The notes beneath the pieces are model-generated. The model did no database searches, was not told the DNA's origin, and saw nothing but the letters and a program-made list of their open reading frames with translations. 64,000 nucleotides of DNA, taken from assembly GCA_963666515.2 (NCBI GenBank), contig OY762897.2, forward strand, positions 4,128,001 through 4,192,000, given 5' to 3'. The DNA comes from Candidatus Binatia bacterium (GTDB taxonomy: Bacteria > Desulfobacterota > Binatia > UBA9968 > JAJDTQ01). Numbering within the stretch: the stretch's first letter is position 1; the number at the start of each line of letters is the position of its first letter. Made by a program: the position numbers and the translations under genes. Shown here one piece after another: positions 1-10,055 of the stretch.

Positions 1-1
1 G

Positions 2-1012
2 GATGGCCCGCTCGGCGATCTCCTTGGCAGCCTCCGTCGCCAGGTACTTCGCCTGGTTCAGGATGAAGGTCAGCTCCACCCGGTCGGTGTTGCCGCGCAG
101 CATCCCCAGCCGCTCCACGGCCCGCCGCGCGCTCTCCAGGAGCGTCGCCATCTCGCCGATCTGGCGTTGTATACGGACGTCCCTGGCGAGGCTGCCGCTC
201 ATGCCACGGAACTTGGTCTTCTTCACGTAGTCCAGGCAGAAGTCGTAGGCGGCTTCCGCGATGCCGAAATACACGCCGGTGTAGCCCGTGGACCAGATGC
301 TCATGTCCTTGCCGAGGATCGCGCCGGGCTCTCCGATGACGTTCTCCGGCAGGATCTCCACGTCGTTGAAGTTGATGGAGTTGGAGACCGTGCCGCGCAT
401 GCCGATGGTATCCCAGTCGTGGATGATTTCGATGCCCGGCTGGTCGGAGCGTATCAGCACGTTCAGGAGGCCGTCGCCGAGACCTTCGGCGCCGTCCAGC
501 AGGCTCCACGTGAAGTAGTAGGTGGCGCCGGTGGAAAGCGAGCAGAAGTGCTTGGTGCCGTTGAGCCTGTACTTGCCGTCCTCGCGCCGGATGGAGGTGC
601 GGATGGCCGCCTTGTCGCGAAAGGAACTGCCGGGCTCGCTGGTGATGGAGGCGAAGATGGCGCCGTCGTCCACCACCGACTTGAAGTAGCGCTGCTGCTG
701 CTCGGGGCTCGCGAGTTGCAGCAGGAAGTCGACGATGGCGCAGTGCATGTTGAAGGTGAGCCCGGTGGAGGCGCACCCTTTGGCGACCCTGGACAGGATC
801 ACCGCGTAGGTCAGGGAGTCGGCGCCGATGCCGCCGTGTTCCCGAGGCACCATGAGCGCCAGCAGCCCGGAGTCCCGCAGGTCCTCGTAGTTCTCGAAAG
901 GGAACTGCGCCTCCTGGTCGACGGCCTGCGCCCTGGCGGCGAATTTCTCGCGGCTCAGGGTCTCGGCGAGGTCGACCCAGTTGCGGAACTGTTCTGGAAC
1001 CTGGAATCCCAT
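2..1012 (-). CDS. Acyl-CoA dehydrogenase-fold flavoprotein (DszC/YdbM-like); 3' end runs off the window
   Basis: Not in the ORF track. Manual translation from ATG at 1012: MGFQVPEQFRNWVDLAETLSREKFAARAQAVDQEAQFPFENYEDLRDSGLLALMVPREHGGIG...GCASTGLTFNMH...GTKHFCS...DWDTIGMRGTVS, which are typical ACAD-fold motifs. Confidence 0.85.
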   Translation of the reverse strand, partial: MGFQVPEQFRNWVDLAETLSREKFAARAQAVDQEAQFPFENYEDLRDSGLLALMVPREHGGIGADSLTYAVILSRVAKGCASTGLTFNMHCAIVDFLLQLASPEQQQRYFKSVVDDGAIFASITSEPGSSFRDKAAIRTSIRREDGKYRLNGTKHFCSLSTGATYYFTWSLLDGAEGLGDGLLNVLIRSDQPGIEIIHDWDTIGMRGTVSNSINFNDVEILPENVIGEPGAILGKDMSIWSTGYTGVYFGIAEAAYDFCLDYVKKTKFRGMSGSLARDVRIQRQIGEMATLLESARRAVERLGMLRGNTDRVELTFILNQAKYLATEAAKEIAERAI

Positions 1013-1112
1013 TATGAACGCAGAAGAGGCTGGCGTCTCGTCCCCCGGATACATACACCACGATGCACGGGACTTCTCGATGCCGGCAAGGCGCGATGAC
1101 TGGACACCGGCC

Positions 1113-1559
1113 CTACCCGCGAGCAGCCTGGTTGCAACGGCAGGTGCCGATCTGGTGCAGCTCGATCATGTTGCCGAAGGGGTCCCGGAGGAAGACCTGT
1201 TGCGAGTCGGCGCCCACGAGGCCGTCGATCTGCCAGTACACGACCCCCTGAGCGTCCAACTCCCGGCGCGTCTCCACGATGTCCTCCACCGCCAGCGCCA
1301 CGTGCGGTATGGTCGGATCTTCCGTGTCGCTGCGCGCGGGAGGCGACTTCCCCGCGGCGCCCATGAGATGGATCTGCGCCGATTGCGGGCCGTCACCGAC
1401 ATCGAGCCAGAGCCCCGGCACACCGGGGATGTCGGGCCGTTGGGAGTCGACGGGAATGCCCAGCACGTTCACGTAGAAGCGCCGGGCTTCGGCCACGGCA
1501 TCCGCGGTGGGGTCTATGCGGATGCCGTGGTGGTGCAGCTCGAGAACCTTGATGGGCAT
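1113..1559 (-). CDS. VOC/glyoxalase family protein
   Basis: C-terminal part of ORF 1113..1934 starting at MPIKVLELHHHGIR. Has H, QIHL, HVALAVED and FLRDPFGNMIELH VOC motifs. Confidence 0.85.
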   Translation of the reverse strand: MPIKVLELHHHGIRIDPTADAVAEARRFYVNVLGIPVDSQRPDIPGVPGLWLDVGDGPQSAQIHLMGAAGKSPPARSDTEDPTIPHVALAVEDIVETRRELDAQGVVYWQIDGLVGADSQQVFLRDPFGNMIELHQIGTCRCNQAARG

Positions 1560-1602
1560 GATCGCGGTCGCTTGCTCGGCCCACGCGCGGCTCAAGACCG
1601 GC

Positions 1603-1986
1603 TTACGCGGGCCGCTTGACGCTCCGGTCCGCTCCGATCTGCACCCGGTACACGAGGGCGTCGCTGCCCGGTGCCGAGTGGATATTGTGGGGCTCGCCGG
1701 CGTCGAAGTACACCACCGAACCCGGTCCGCAGCGTTGCTCGTTCCGCTGGGCGTCGATGCCCAGGCACTCTCCCTCCACCACGTAGTAGATCTCGATGGC
1801 GCCGGGATGGCTGTGCAGGTGCGGGCCGGGGGTCTCGCCGTCGCGGAAACAGGCAATGGTGACCGAGCACTTGTCGTTGTTGATGACGCGGTTGCGGATG
1901 TAGCCGCCCTCGGCCTTCTCCGAGTAGGGCGCATCCGGATTCTGGTCCGAGAACTTGCCGACGTCCTTGACGTTGAAAACTTCCAT
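1603..1986 (-). CDS. Cupin domain protein
   Basis: MEVFNVKD... with cupin motifs HLHSHPGAIEIYYVVEGE and GPGSVVYFDAGEPHNI. SD-like AGGAAAGGA upstream. Confidence 0.85.
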   Translation of the reverse strand: MEVFNVKDVGKFSDQNPDAPYSEKAEGGYIRNRVINNDKCSVTIACFRDGETPGPHLHSHPGAIEIYYVVEGECLGIDAQRNEQRCGPGSVVYFDAGEPHNIHSAPGSDALVYRVQIGADRSVKRPA

Positions 1987-2012
1987 TGGGGATCCTTTCC
2001 TTCGCTTGCAGG

Positions 2013-2993
2013 TTAGTCCTTGGTGAGGAACCACGTGACCAGGCTGTTGAACTCCTGCCACTGGTCCAGCCACAGGAAATGGTTGGCCTTGTCGAAAACG
2101 TGCATCTGGGCGTCGGGGATTCGCTTGTACAGTTCCAGTCCGGGATCGACGCCCTTGTTGGAGTTCTTGCCCCACACCACCATGGTGGGCCGGTCGATGT
2201 CCTGTACGTGGTCGCGGATGTGCTTGCCGTCGAAACCGTACATGTCCGAGTGGCCCACCAGGCCTTCCTTGCCCCAGTACTCCTTGCCCTTGTGGTCCAT
2301 GTACATCTTGTTCCACTTCTTGGAGAGGTCCATGAGGTAGTCCAGGAACTCCTCCGACACCATGGACTTGTCGTAGAAGAAGACGCCGGCGTATTTCCGC
2401 AGCCCCTCCCGCGTGTCGGTCAGACCCGCCTTGGGCATCATGCTGTTGGGCTCGAAGACTTCCTTGAAGTACGGCAGCTCGCCGCTGCCCACCTTCTGCT
2501 TCACGCCGTCGATCTCCACGTACTCCGGCGTCTCGGTGTCGTTCTCGGTCTTGAGGGCCGAGCCCGCGGTGCTGCCGCTGTCGATGAGGATGAGCTTCTT
2601 CACCAGGTCCGGGCGCTTCAGCGTGATGTAGGTGACGATCCACCCGCCCTGCGACTGCCCGGCGAGGTTGATGGGTCCGATGTCCAGCGCCTCGATGAAG
2701 CTGATGACGTGCTCGGCGCGCACCCGCACGTGCCCCAGCATGTCCAGGTCACGGGGCGGGTCGGTGTCGCCGTGGCCCAGCTCGTCGATGGCGAACACGT
2801 GGAAGTGCTCGGACAGCGGGATGACGTTCGGGTACCACCGGTAGAGGCCCATGCCCACCTCGATGGAACCGCCGTGCACCAGCAGCAGCCGGTCGGCGTC
2901 CTTGTCGCCGGCTTCCACGTAATGAGTCCGATAACCGTCGGCGGTCACGAACTTGCTCTCGAACTTGTCGGGGCTGTTGAACAGGGTCTCCAC
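2013..2993 (-). CDS. Alpha/beta-hydrolase, paralog 1 (BphD/MhpC-like fold)
   Basis: HGG oxyanion motif, DELGHG, nucleophile elbow GQSQGG, C-terminal DKANHF histidine. Confidence 0.9.
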   Translation of the reverse strand: METLFNSPDKFESKFVTADGYRTHYVEAGDKDADRLLLVHGGSIEVGMGLYRWYPNVIPLSEHFHVFAIDELGHGDTDPPRDLDMLGHVRVRAEHVISFIEALDIGPINLAGQSQGGWIVTYITLKRPDLVKKLILIDSGSTAGSALKTENDTETPEYVEIDGVKQKVGSGELPYFKEVFEPNSMMPKAGLTDTREGLRKYAGVFFYDKSMVSEEFLDYLMDLSKKWNKMYMDHKGKEYWGKEGLVGHSDMYGFDGKHIRDHVQDIDRPTMVVWGKNSNKGVDPGLELYKRIPDAQMHVFDKANHFLWLDQWQEFNSLVTWFLTKD

Positions 2994-3045
2994 GGATTCC
3001 TCCTATGCTCCTATGCGATTCGCGCGGCGGGTTTCCCCTCCGCGA

Positions 3046-4032
3046 TCAACTCTTGGACAGATACCAGGTCACCAGGCTCACGAAGTCCTTCGGGTGGTCG
3101 AGCCACAGGAAGTGGTTGGCCTTGTCGAAGATGTGGAGTTGGGCGTCCGGGATGCGCTTGTACAGCGCCAGACCGGGGTCCACGCCCTTATTGGAGTTTT
3201 TGGCCCAGATGACCAGGGTCGGCGTCCGGATCTCGTGGACCCGGTCACGGATGTGCACGCCGTCGACGTAGAACTCCTTGGAGTGCTCCTTCATGCTGGT
3301 GTTGTCCCAGAACTCCTTGCCCTTGTGGGTGAAGTAGAGGTCGTTCCATTTCTGGGCGAACTTGTAGAGGTGCTCCACCCATTCGTCGGTGACCATGTGC
3401 TTCGCGTAGATGTAGGTGCTGACGAACTTGCGGATGCCTTCGCGGGTGCTGGTGAGGCCCTCCTTGGGGTGCATGGTGCCCTCTTCGAAAACTTCTTTCA
3501 TGTACGGAAGCACGCCGTCCTTCACGTTCACCATGGCCCCGTCCACCTCCACCTGCTTGGGAGCGTCGGACTTCTCTTCGGTGTCGAGAGCAGAGCCCGC
3601 GGTGCTGCCGCTGTCGATGAGCACCAGCTTCTTCACCAGGTCCGGGCGCTTGATGGTGATGTAGGTGACGATCCAGCCGCCGGTGGACTGCCCCACCAGG
3701 TTCACGGGGGCCAAGTCCATGGCCTCGATGAAGCTGATGACGTGCTCCGCGCGCACCGTAGGCCGCCACAGATTCTTGGTGTCCCGTGGCGGGTCGGTCT
3801 CGCCGTGGCCCAGCTCGTCGATGGCGTAGACGTGGAACTTCTCGGCCAGCGGCAGCACCACCGGGTACCAGCGGTAAAGGTCCATGCCGATGTCGATGCC
3901 GCCGCCGTGGACCAGCAGCAGGCTCTCCGGGTTGTCCTTGCCCGCCTCCACGTAGTGGGTGCGGTACCCGTCGGCGGTGACGAACTTGCTCTCGAACTTG
4001 TCGGGGCTGTTGAAAAGGGTTGGCGTCTCCAT
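3046..4032 (-). CDS. Alpha/beta-hydrolase, paralog 2
   Basis: Same motifs as paralog 1; elbow is GQSTGG. Confidence 0.9.
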   Translation of the reverse strand: METPTLFNSPDKFESKFVTADGYRTHYVEAGKDNPESLLLVHGGGIDIGMDLYRWYPVVLPLAEKFHVYAIDELGHGETDPPRDTKNLWRPTVRAEHVISFIEAMDLAPVNLVGQSTGGWIVTYITIKRPDLVKKLVLIDSGSTAGSALDTEEKSDAPKQVEVDGAMVNVKDGVLPYMKEVFEEGTMHPKEGLTSTREGIRKFVSTYIYAKHMVTDEWVEHLYKFAQKWNDLYFTHKGKEFWDNTSMKEHSKEFYVDGVHIRDRVHEIRTPTLVIWAKNSNKGVDPGLALYKRIPDAQLHIFDKANHFLWLDHPKDFVSLVTWYLSKS

Positions 4033-4194
4033 GGGGGTTGCCCTCTCTGGGATGGTCTTGAAATGGCCGGATGGTGGTCGCCGGCCGGACTTACAGCATG
4101 CGCGACAGACAGCATGCGCGCCGCCTTTGTTGCCGCGCCAGGGTCAAGGGTACGGCGTCCCGCCGCACCAGCCATTTCGTTTTGCCCCAAGCGC

Positions 4195-4245
4195 CAACGC
4201 GCGTCAAACCACCGGCCCGCGCCGGCTCCGGCTTGACGCGCGTTG
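4195..4245. repeat. Perfect 13-bp inverted repeat (possible terminator or regulatory hairpin)
   Basis: CAACGCGCGTCAA (4195-4207) and TTGACGCGCGTTG (4233-4245), between the ABC binding protein gene and hydrolase 2. Confidence 0.6.
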
Positions 4246-4319
4246 TGGGGCTATCGGTTATGGGGCCGTATCCACGCCGAAGCTGCAGGGCTCCGGCGCG
4301 GAATTCACGGCAACTATTC

Positions 4320-5870
4320 CTACTTCTCCAGCCAGGCGTGGGTCACGCCGCCGTCGGACCAACGCACGTCGCCGCGGCAGTTGGTCTTCATGTTCTTCAG
4401 ATGCGTGCGGGACGCCTGGAAGATCGGCAGGTGCCCCAGCAGCACGTGGGGCAGATCCTGGTTGATCAGGTCCAGAGCTTTGCGGTAGATGACCTTGCGC
4501 TTGGCGGTATCCCGAGTCACGCGGCCTTCATCCACGAGGGCGTTGTATTCGGGGTTGTCCCAGGCGGCGTAGTTGTTCCTCTGACCTTTCCGGAAGAACC
4601 TGTAAAAAAGGCTGTCCGGATCCGGCGCGTAGGTGAGATGACCGGGGCTGACGTCGAAGTCCTGGGCCCTTTGCTTCTTGCTATGCGCGGCGCGGTCCAT
4701 CACCTGGAACTTCAGGTTGATGCCGACCTTCTTGAGCTGCGCCTGGGCCAGCGTGGACAGGTTCAGGATGACGGTCTCGTTGCGGACGATCGTGACCAGA
4801 TCGACGCCCTTCTCGTAGCCGGCCTCCTTCATCAACGCCCTGGCCTTGTCCAGGTTCGCCTCCTTGTAGGGGTCCTTCACGTCGTCGAAGTACCACGCCG
4901 AGCCCGGATAGTACATCTGCGTCTCGGCCGTGGCCATACCCCAGGTGATGCCGTCCATCAGCGCCTGCTTGTCGACGGCATAGGCGACGGCCTGGCGCAG
5001 GCGGACGTCCTTGAGAGGACCCTTGGACACGTTGAGAACCAGGTAGAACCAGCGTGCGCCGGGTTTGAACGAAGGCGTGATGCCCTTGGGCGGCTTCGCC
5101 TTGATGGGCTGCGCCTGCTCGAACGGCACCGTCCAGACCCAGTCCACGTCGCCGGTCCTCAGCGCCGTATAGCGCACGGTGTCGTCCAGGATGGGCCGCA
5201 TGACGACCTCGTCCACGTAGGGGAGCTGGTTGCCCTTGGCGTCCTTCTTCCAGTAGTTCTTGAACCGTTTCAGCTTCACGTGCTGCTTGGGCTGCCACTC
5301 CACGAACTCGAAGGCGCCCGTGCCGATGGGCTTCGGCGGCTTGGACTCGAAGCTGTCCGAGTGCGTGATGAACGCCACCAGGGGACGGAACTTCACGAGG
5401 AATCCGGCGTCCGGCGTCTCGAGCGTCATCTTTACCCGGTACTTGTCGACCACCTCGATGCTCTTGATGGAGTTGAAGTTGCCGCGCCGCCGGGACTTGG
5501 TTTTCGGGTCCAGGAAGTGGTCGTAGTTCTTCTTGACGTCCTCGGCCGTCAGCTCCTTGCCGTTGTGGAACATCACGCCCTCGCGCAGCTTGAAAGTGTA
5601 GGCCTTGCCGTCGGGCGCAATCTCCCAGGACTCGGCCAGGCCGGGCACGATGTCGCATTTCTCGTCGTAGTCCACGAGGCTCTCGGACACCAGAATCCCC
5701 ATCTGCGCCGTGGGGTTCCCGACGGTTCGGTGCAGGTCGGGCGTGTTCAGATCGGCGTACATGCCCAGAGTCAGGGTGCCGCCGTACTTCTGCGCCGCCG
5801 CGTCGTTGGGCGCGGCCAAGCCGAATGCCAGCAGCACCGCGGCTAACGAAAGCGATAGTCTCGTACTCAT
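4320..5870 (-). CDS. ABC transporter substrate-binding protein, family 5 (DppA/OppA-like)
   Basis: Signal peptide MSTRLSLSLAAVLLAFGLAAPNDAAA; PGLAESWE..DGKAYTFKLREGVMFHNG family-5 signature; AGGAGG upstream of ATG at 5870. Confidence 0.92.
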   Translation of the reverse strand: MSTRLSLSLAAVLLAFGLAAPNDAAAQKYGGTLTLGMYADLNTPDLHRTVGNPTAQMGILVSESLVDYDEKCDIVPGLAESWEIAPDGKAYTFKLREGVMFHNGKELTAEDVKKNYDHFLDPKTKSRRRGNFNSIKSIEVVDKYRVKMTLETPDAGFLVKFRPLVAFITHSDSFESKPPKPIGTGAFEFVEWQPKQHVKLKRFKNYWKKDAKGNQLPYVDEVVMRPILDDTVRYTALRTGDVDWVWTVPFEQAQPIKAKPPKGITPSFKPGARWFYLVLNVSKGPLKDVRLRQAVAYAVDKQALMDGITWGMATAETQMYYPGSAWYFDDVKDPYKEANLDKARALMKEAGYEKGVDLVTIVRNETVILNLSTLAQAQLKKVGINLKFQVMDRAAHSKKQRAQDFDVSPGHLTYAPDPDSLFYRFFRKGQRNNYAAWDNPEYNALVDEGRVTRDTAKRKVIYRKALDLINQDLPHVLLGHLPIFQASRTHLKNMKTNCRGDVRWSDGGVTHAWLEK

Positions 5871-5965
5871 CTGGTTCCTCCTTTGGTTGCTTTCCTCGAC
5901 TTCCGAAGTCCGGAAAAAATCCACATCACACAATTTGACCCTCAAGGTCAACCGCCAAGAGCACG

Positions 5966-6916
5966 CTATTCCAGCGTGATCCTGGGGTTGGCGTACTTGT
6001 AGAGAATGTCCACGAAGAAGTTCACCACCACGAAGATCACCGCGAAGATCAGGATGAGCGCCTGCACCAGCGGGTAGTCGCGGCCGTAGACCGCGCCTAC
6101 CACCAGGCTCCCGACCCCGGGCCAGGCGAAAACGTGCTCGACGATGACGGTGCCGCCGAGCAGCCGGCCGAACTGGAGGCCGATGACCGTGAGCACGGGT
6201 ACCAGCGCGTTCTTGAGCGTATGCTTGAAGATCACCCGCCGCTCGGCCAGGCCCTTGGCCCGGGCCGTGCGCACGTATTCTTTGCCGATCTCCTCCAGCA
6301 TCTCCGAGCGGGTCATGCGCGCCACGATGGCGGCCATGCCCGTGCCCAGGGTGATGGAGGGAAGGATCAGGTACGACAACGTCGTCCAGGGAGAGGTGAG
6401 GGAGGCCTCGTAACCGGACGATGGCAGGATGGGGAAGTACAGGCTGAAGGCCAGGATCAGCAGGATGCCCAGCCAGAAATTGGGAATCGAGATGCCCAGC
6501 AGCGCGAACGACATGGCGGTGTAGTCGCTGGGAGTGTTGCGACGGATGGCCGCGATGACCCCGGCCGGGATCGAGATCAGGATGGAGACGACGGTCGAGA
6601 AGATGGTCAGCAGGATGGTGGCCGGGAAACGCTCGACGATCAGTTCCATGTTTGACCGCTGGTAATGGATCGATTCGCCGAAGTCGCCGATCAGGACACC
6701 GCCGAGCCACACGAGGTACTGCACGTGCAGCGGTTTGTCGAGGCCGAGGATCCTTTCGAAATCTTCACGAACGGACGGGTCGGTAAGGTCCTCCGTCGCG
6801 AAGATGAAGTCCACCGGGTCTCCCGGGATCATGTGCAGCAGGGAGAAGACGATGACCGACACCAGGAAGAGCACCGGAAAGAGGATCAGCAGGCGGTTGA
6901 TGATGTACTGGCGCAA
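5966..6916 (-). CDS. ABC peptide/nickel transporter permease (DppB-like)
   Basis: PGDP motif, EAA loop YVRTARAKGL, multiple transmembrane segments. Confidence 0.92.
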   Translation of the reverse strand: MRQYIINRLLILFPVLFLVSVIVFSLLHMIPGDPVDFIFATEDLTDPSVREDFERILGLDKPLHVQYLVWLGGVLIGDFGESIHYQRSNMELIVERFPATILLTIFSTVVSILISIPAGVIAAIRRNTPSDYTAMSFALLGISIPNFWLGILLILAFSLYFPILPSSGYEASLTSPWTTLSYLILPSITLGTGMAAIVARMTRSEMLEEIGKEYVRTARAKGLAERRVIFKHTLKNALVPVLTVIGLQFGRLLGGTVIVEHVFAWPGVGSLVVGAVYGRDYPLVQALILIFAVIFVVVNFFVDILYKYANPRITLE

Positions 6917-6938
6917 CTCGATACTTCCCTACGTGGCG

Positions 6939-7910
6939 CTAACGCACGTGGCAGGCCACCTGGCGCCCGCCCGCCTTTCTCTCCAGCGGCGGCTCGATCT
7001 CGGCGCACACCGGCTCGGCGATGGGGCAGCGGCCGCGGAACACGCAGCCCGGTGGTCGGTCGATGAGGTTGACCATCTCGCCCTCCAGCACCCGTGGCCG
7101 GAACTCCCGGCTGGGGTCGGGCTCGGGGATGGCTGACACCAGCGCTTCGGTGTACGGATGGGCCGGCTTGTTGAACAGGTCCTCCACCGAACCCACCTCG
7201 ACGATCTTGCCGCCGTACATGACGGCGACGCGCTCACAGAAATAGTCCACGACGCTCAGGTCGTGTGCGATGAACAGGTAGGTCAACCCCTTGGTCCGCT
7301 GCAGTTGCCGGAACAGGTTGAGGATCTGGGCGCGCACCGAAACGTCCAGGGCCGACACCGCCTCGTCCGCGATGATCAGGTCCGGCTCCAGCGACATGGC
7401 CCGGGCGATGCTGATGCGCTGCCGCTGTCCGCCGCTGAACTCGTGGGGATAGCGGTCCCGGTGCTCGGCCTGGAGACCTACCAGCTCCAGCAGCTCCACC
7501 ACCCGGTTCTGCACCTGGTTGGCGGGAACGATGTCGTGGAGCTTGAGCGGGTTGCCGAGGATATCCCGCACCCGCATGCGCGGGTTCAGTGACGTGTAGG
7601 GATCCTGGAACACCATCTGGATGCGGCGGCGGAATTGGTGAAAGATGGACCGGGGCATCCCGATGATTTCCTGTCCCTCGAAGTGCACGGTGCCGCGGGT
7701 GGCGTCCAACAGCCGGGTGATCAGCCGGGCCGTGGTGGACTTGCCGCTGCCGCTCTCGCCCACCAGGCCGAAGGTTTCGCCCTTGTCGATGGAGAAGCTG
7801 ATGCCGTCCACGGCCTTGAGCTCCGCGCCCTTGCCGCTGAACAGCGAGAAGAACGAAGCCAGCGAGAAATACTTCGCCAAGTCGTCGACTCTTAGGATCT
7901 CTTCCCGCAT
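6939..7910 (-). CDS. ABC peptide transporter ATP-binding protein (DppF/OppF-like)
   Basis: Walker A GESGSGKST, FSGGQRQR signature, HPYT and the C-terminal Cys-rich oligopeptide domain. Confidence 0.93.
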   Translation of the reverse strand: MREEILRVDDLAKYFSLASFFSLFSGKGAELKAVDGISFSIDKGETFGLVGESGSGKSTTARLITRLLDATRGTVHFEGQEIIGMPRSIFHQFRRRIQMVFQDPYTSLNPRMRVRDILGNPLKLHDIVPANQVQNRVVELLELVGLQAEHRDRYPHEFSGGQRQRISIARAMSLEPDLIIADEAVSALDVSVRAQILNLFRQLQRTKGLTYLFIAHDLSVVDYFCERVAVMYGGKIVEVGSVEDLFNKPAHPYTEALVSAIPEPDPSREFRPRVLEGEMVNLIDRPPGCVFRGRCPIAEPVCAEIEPPLERKAGGRQVACHVR

Positions 7911-7917
7911 GACGTCA

Positions 7918-8886
7918 CTAAGCCGTGTGGAGGTGACAAGCCACCTGTCTGCCCTTGACCGGCGCGAGCCTGGGATCTTCCTGGCCGCACACGTCCATGG
8001 CCTGGTCGCACCGGGGCCGGAAGTTGCAGCCCTGGGGCGGGTCCAGCAGGTTGCAGACCACGCCCGGTATGGGGTCCAGCAGCCGGTCGCGCTCGCCCCG
8101 CCGCGGCAGCGCCCGCAAGAGCCCCTGGGTGTAGGGGTGAAGCGGGTTCTCGAAGATGGACTTGCGGTCCGCCAGCTCCACGATGTTGCCCGCGTACATC
8201 ACCGCGATGTGGTCGCACAGCACCGCGGCCACGCCCAGGTCGTGGGTGATGAAGATCAGCGACTTGCCCAACTGCTCCAGCAGCTCCCGCAGAAGGTCGA
8301 GGATCTGCGCCTGGATGGTCACGTCCAGGGCGGTGGTGGGTTCGTCGGCGATCAGCAGGTCGGGGTTGCACGCCAGCGCAATGGCGATCATGACGCGCTG
8401 GCGCATGCCGCCGCTGAACTCGTGGGGATAGCTGTCGAGCCGTTCTCTGGGATTGGGAATCCCCACCTTGTTGAGCATGTCCGCGGCGCGCTCGTAGGCC
8501 TCTTTCTTCCGCAGCCCCTCGTGGACCACGTAACCCTCCGCCACCTGGTCGCCGACGGTGTAGGCGGGGTTCAATGCCACCATGGGTTCCTGGAAGATCA
8601 TGGAGATGCGGCTGCCCCGGTAGGAGCGCATCTCCGGTTCCGTCTTGGTCAGCAGGTCCTCGCCCTTGAACAGGACCTCGCCGTTGGTGATCCTCCCGGG
8701 CGGCTGCGGGACCAGCCGCATGAGCGACAGCGCGAGCACGCTCTTCCCCGATCCGGTCTCGCCCACGATCCCCAGGGTCTGCCGCTCCTCGAGCTGGAAC
8801 GACACCCGGTCCACCGCGGTAAGGATTCCCTTGCGGAGAAAGAAACGGGTCTCCAGTCCCCGGACGTCCAGGAGCGGCTCAGGCAC
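7918..8886 (-). CDS. ABC peptide transporter ATP-binding protein (DppD/OppD-like)
   Basis: [28 protein letters not shown]. Confidence 0.93.
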   Translation of the reverse strand: MPEPLLDVRGLETRFFLRKGILTAVDRVSFQLEERQTLGIVGETGSGKSVLALSLMRLVPQPPGRITNGEVLFKGEDLLTKTEPEMRSYRGSRISMIFQEPMVALNPAYTVGDQVAEGYVVHEGLRKKEAYERAADMLNKVGIPNPRERLDSYPHEFSGGMRQRVMIAIALACNPDLLIADEPTTALDVTIQAQILDLLRELLEQLGKSLIFITHDLGVAAVLCDHIAVMYAGNIVELADRKSIFENPLHPYTQGLLRALPRRGERDRLLDPIPGVVCNLLDPPQGCNFRPRCDQAMDVCGQEDPRLAPVKGRQVACHLHTA

Positions 8887-9796
8887 TGGACCTCTCCTCG
8901 CTCAGGCGCGGGTCCAGCACGTCCCGAAGGCCGTCGCCCAGAAGATTGAGGCCCAGCACGGAGAAGCAGATGGCCACCCCCGGGAAGATGGCAGCCCAGG
9001 GGTAGAACTCCATGGTGGATCGGGCCGCGTGCAGGATGCTGCCCCAGCTCGGGGTAGGCGGCGGCACGCCGATGCCCAGGAAGCTCAGGGATGCCTCGGC
9101 GATGATGGCGTGGGCGAAGTCCAGGGTCGCCTGGACCAGAACCGGGGCCATGCAGTTGGGCAGGATCTGCCGGAACAGCACGCGCAGGTTGGACTCCCCC
9201 TGCACCATGGCCGCTTCCACGTACTCCTTCTCCCGCTCCTTGAGCACCGAGGCCCGGACCAGACGGGCGAAGTTGGGCGTGTAGCGTATGGCCAGGGCGA
9301 TGCACACGTTGGTGAGGGAGGCGCCCAAGGCGGCCATCAGCGCGATGGCGAGCAGCAGGCCGGGGAACGCCATCACCGCGTCCATGATGCGCATCAGCAC
9401 GTTGTCCACGGCTCTTCCGGCGAAGCCCGACACCGCGCCCAGGAAGATTCCCGCGGCCAGCGCCAGGGTGACGGAGCCGAGCCCGGCGATGACCGAGATG
9501 CGCGCGCCGTAGACCACGCGCGAGAAGATGTCGCGGCCGAAGGTATCCGTGCCGAAGGGATGGTCGGCCGACAGCGGCACCAGCCGCGCCGTCAGGTCCA
9601 CTTCATCGGGGTCGTAGTAGGCGATCTGCGGAGCGAAGGCGGCGACGACGAAGACGAACGCCACGAACAGGAGCCCGGCCACGGCCATGCGGTTCTCCGA
9701 GAACCGGACGAACCAGTCGCGGACCGAGAGGAAGATCCCGCCGACGCGGTCGTGTCCCGTTATGGCTGCTGCTTCAGCACTCGTCCCGTTGGACAT
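8879..9796 (-). CDS. ABC peptide transporter permease (DppC-like)
   Basis: HPFGTDTFGRD, EYVEAA loop, SLSFLGIG..PPTPSWG. Confidence 0.92.
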   Translation of the reverse strand: MSNGTSAEAAAITGHDRVGGIFLSVRDWFVRFSENRMAVAGLLFVAFVFVVAAFAPQIAYYDPDEVDLTARLVPLSADHPFGTDTFGRDIFSRVVYGARISVIAGLGSVTLALAAGIFLGAVSGFAGRAVDNVLMRIMDAVMAFPGLLLAIALMAALGASLTNVCIALAIRYTPNFARLVRASVLKEREKEYVEAAMVQGESNLRVLFRQILPNCMAPVLVQATLDFAHAIIAEASLSFLGIGVPPPTPSWGSILHAARSTMEFYPWAAIFPGVAICFSVLGLNLLGDGLRDVLDPRLSEERSSA

Positions 9797-9967
9797 GGAA
9801 AGCCCCCGACGGCTCTCTGCGCCGACTGTGCCCTATGCTCCATATCGTCTCCGTTCGGCCCCCGTCAAGGGGATTTGCAACCCGTTCACGACAGCGAGTT
9901 TCGGCCGATGGGGGAAAACCTTGGGAGGGTCGCCATGAGCGCAGCCGATCCTGGAGGAGTCGCAAAC

Positions 9968-10016
9968 CAACGGATGAATGAAAATCATTCACATGGTGAG
10001 TGATTTTCATCCGTTG
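9968..10016. repeat. Long imperfect inverted repeat in an AT-rich intergenic patch
   Basis: CAACGGATGA(ATGA)AAATCATTCAC-ATG-GTGAGTGATTTTCATCCGTTG: the arms match apart from a 4-nt ATGA duplication and one mismatch. Confidence 0.7.
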
Positions 10017-10055
10017 ATATCTTAAAAGACGTTTTATAAGATGTCTGTTTGAGGC

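Noticed and set aside
3001-3016. TCCTATGC tandem duplication upstream of hydrolase 1
   Set aside because: An 8-bp slippage next to the ribosome-binding site with no further structure.
4320-6710. 796-aa fused ABC binding protein
   Set aside because: The upstream part overlaps the permease in another frame; the signal peptide and SD place the start at 5870.
9860-9873. CCCCGTCAAGGGGA shared with 57495-57508
   Set aside because: A short GC-rich match in two unrelated intergenic regions; chance or a shared TTGACG -35-like box cannot be excluded.
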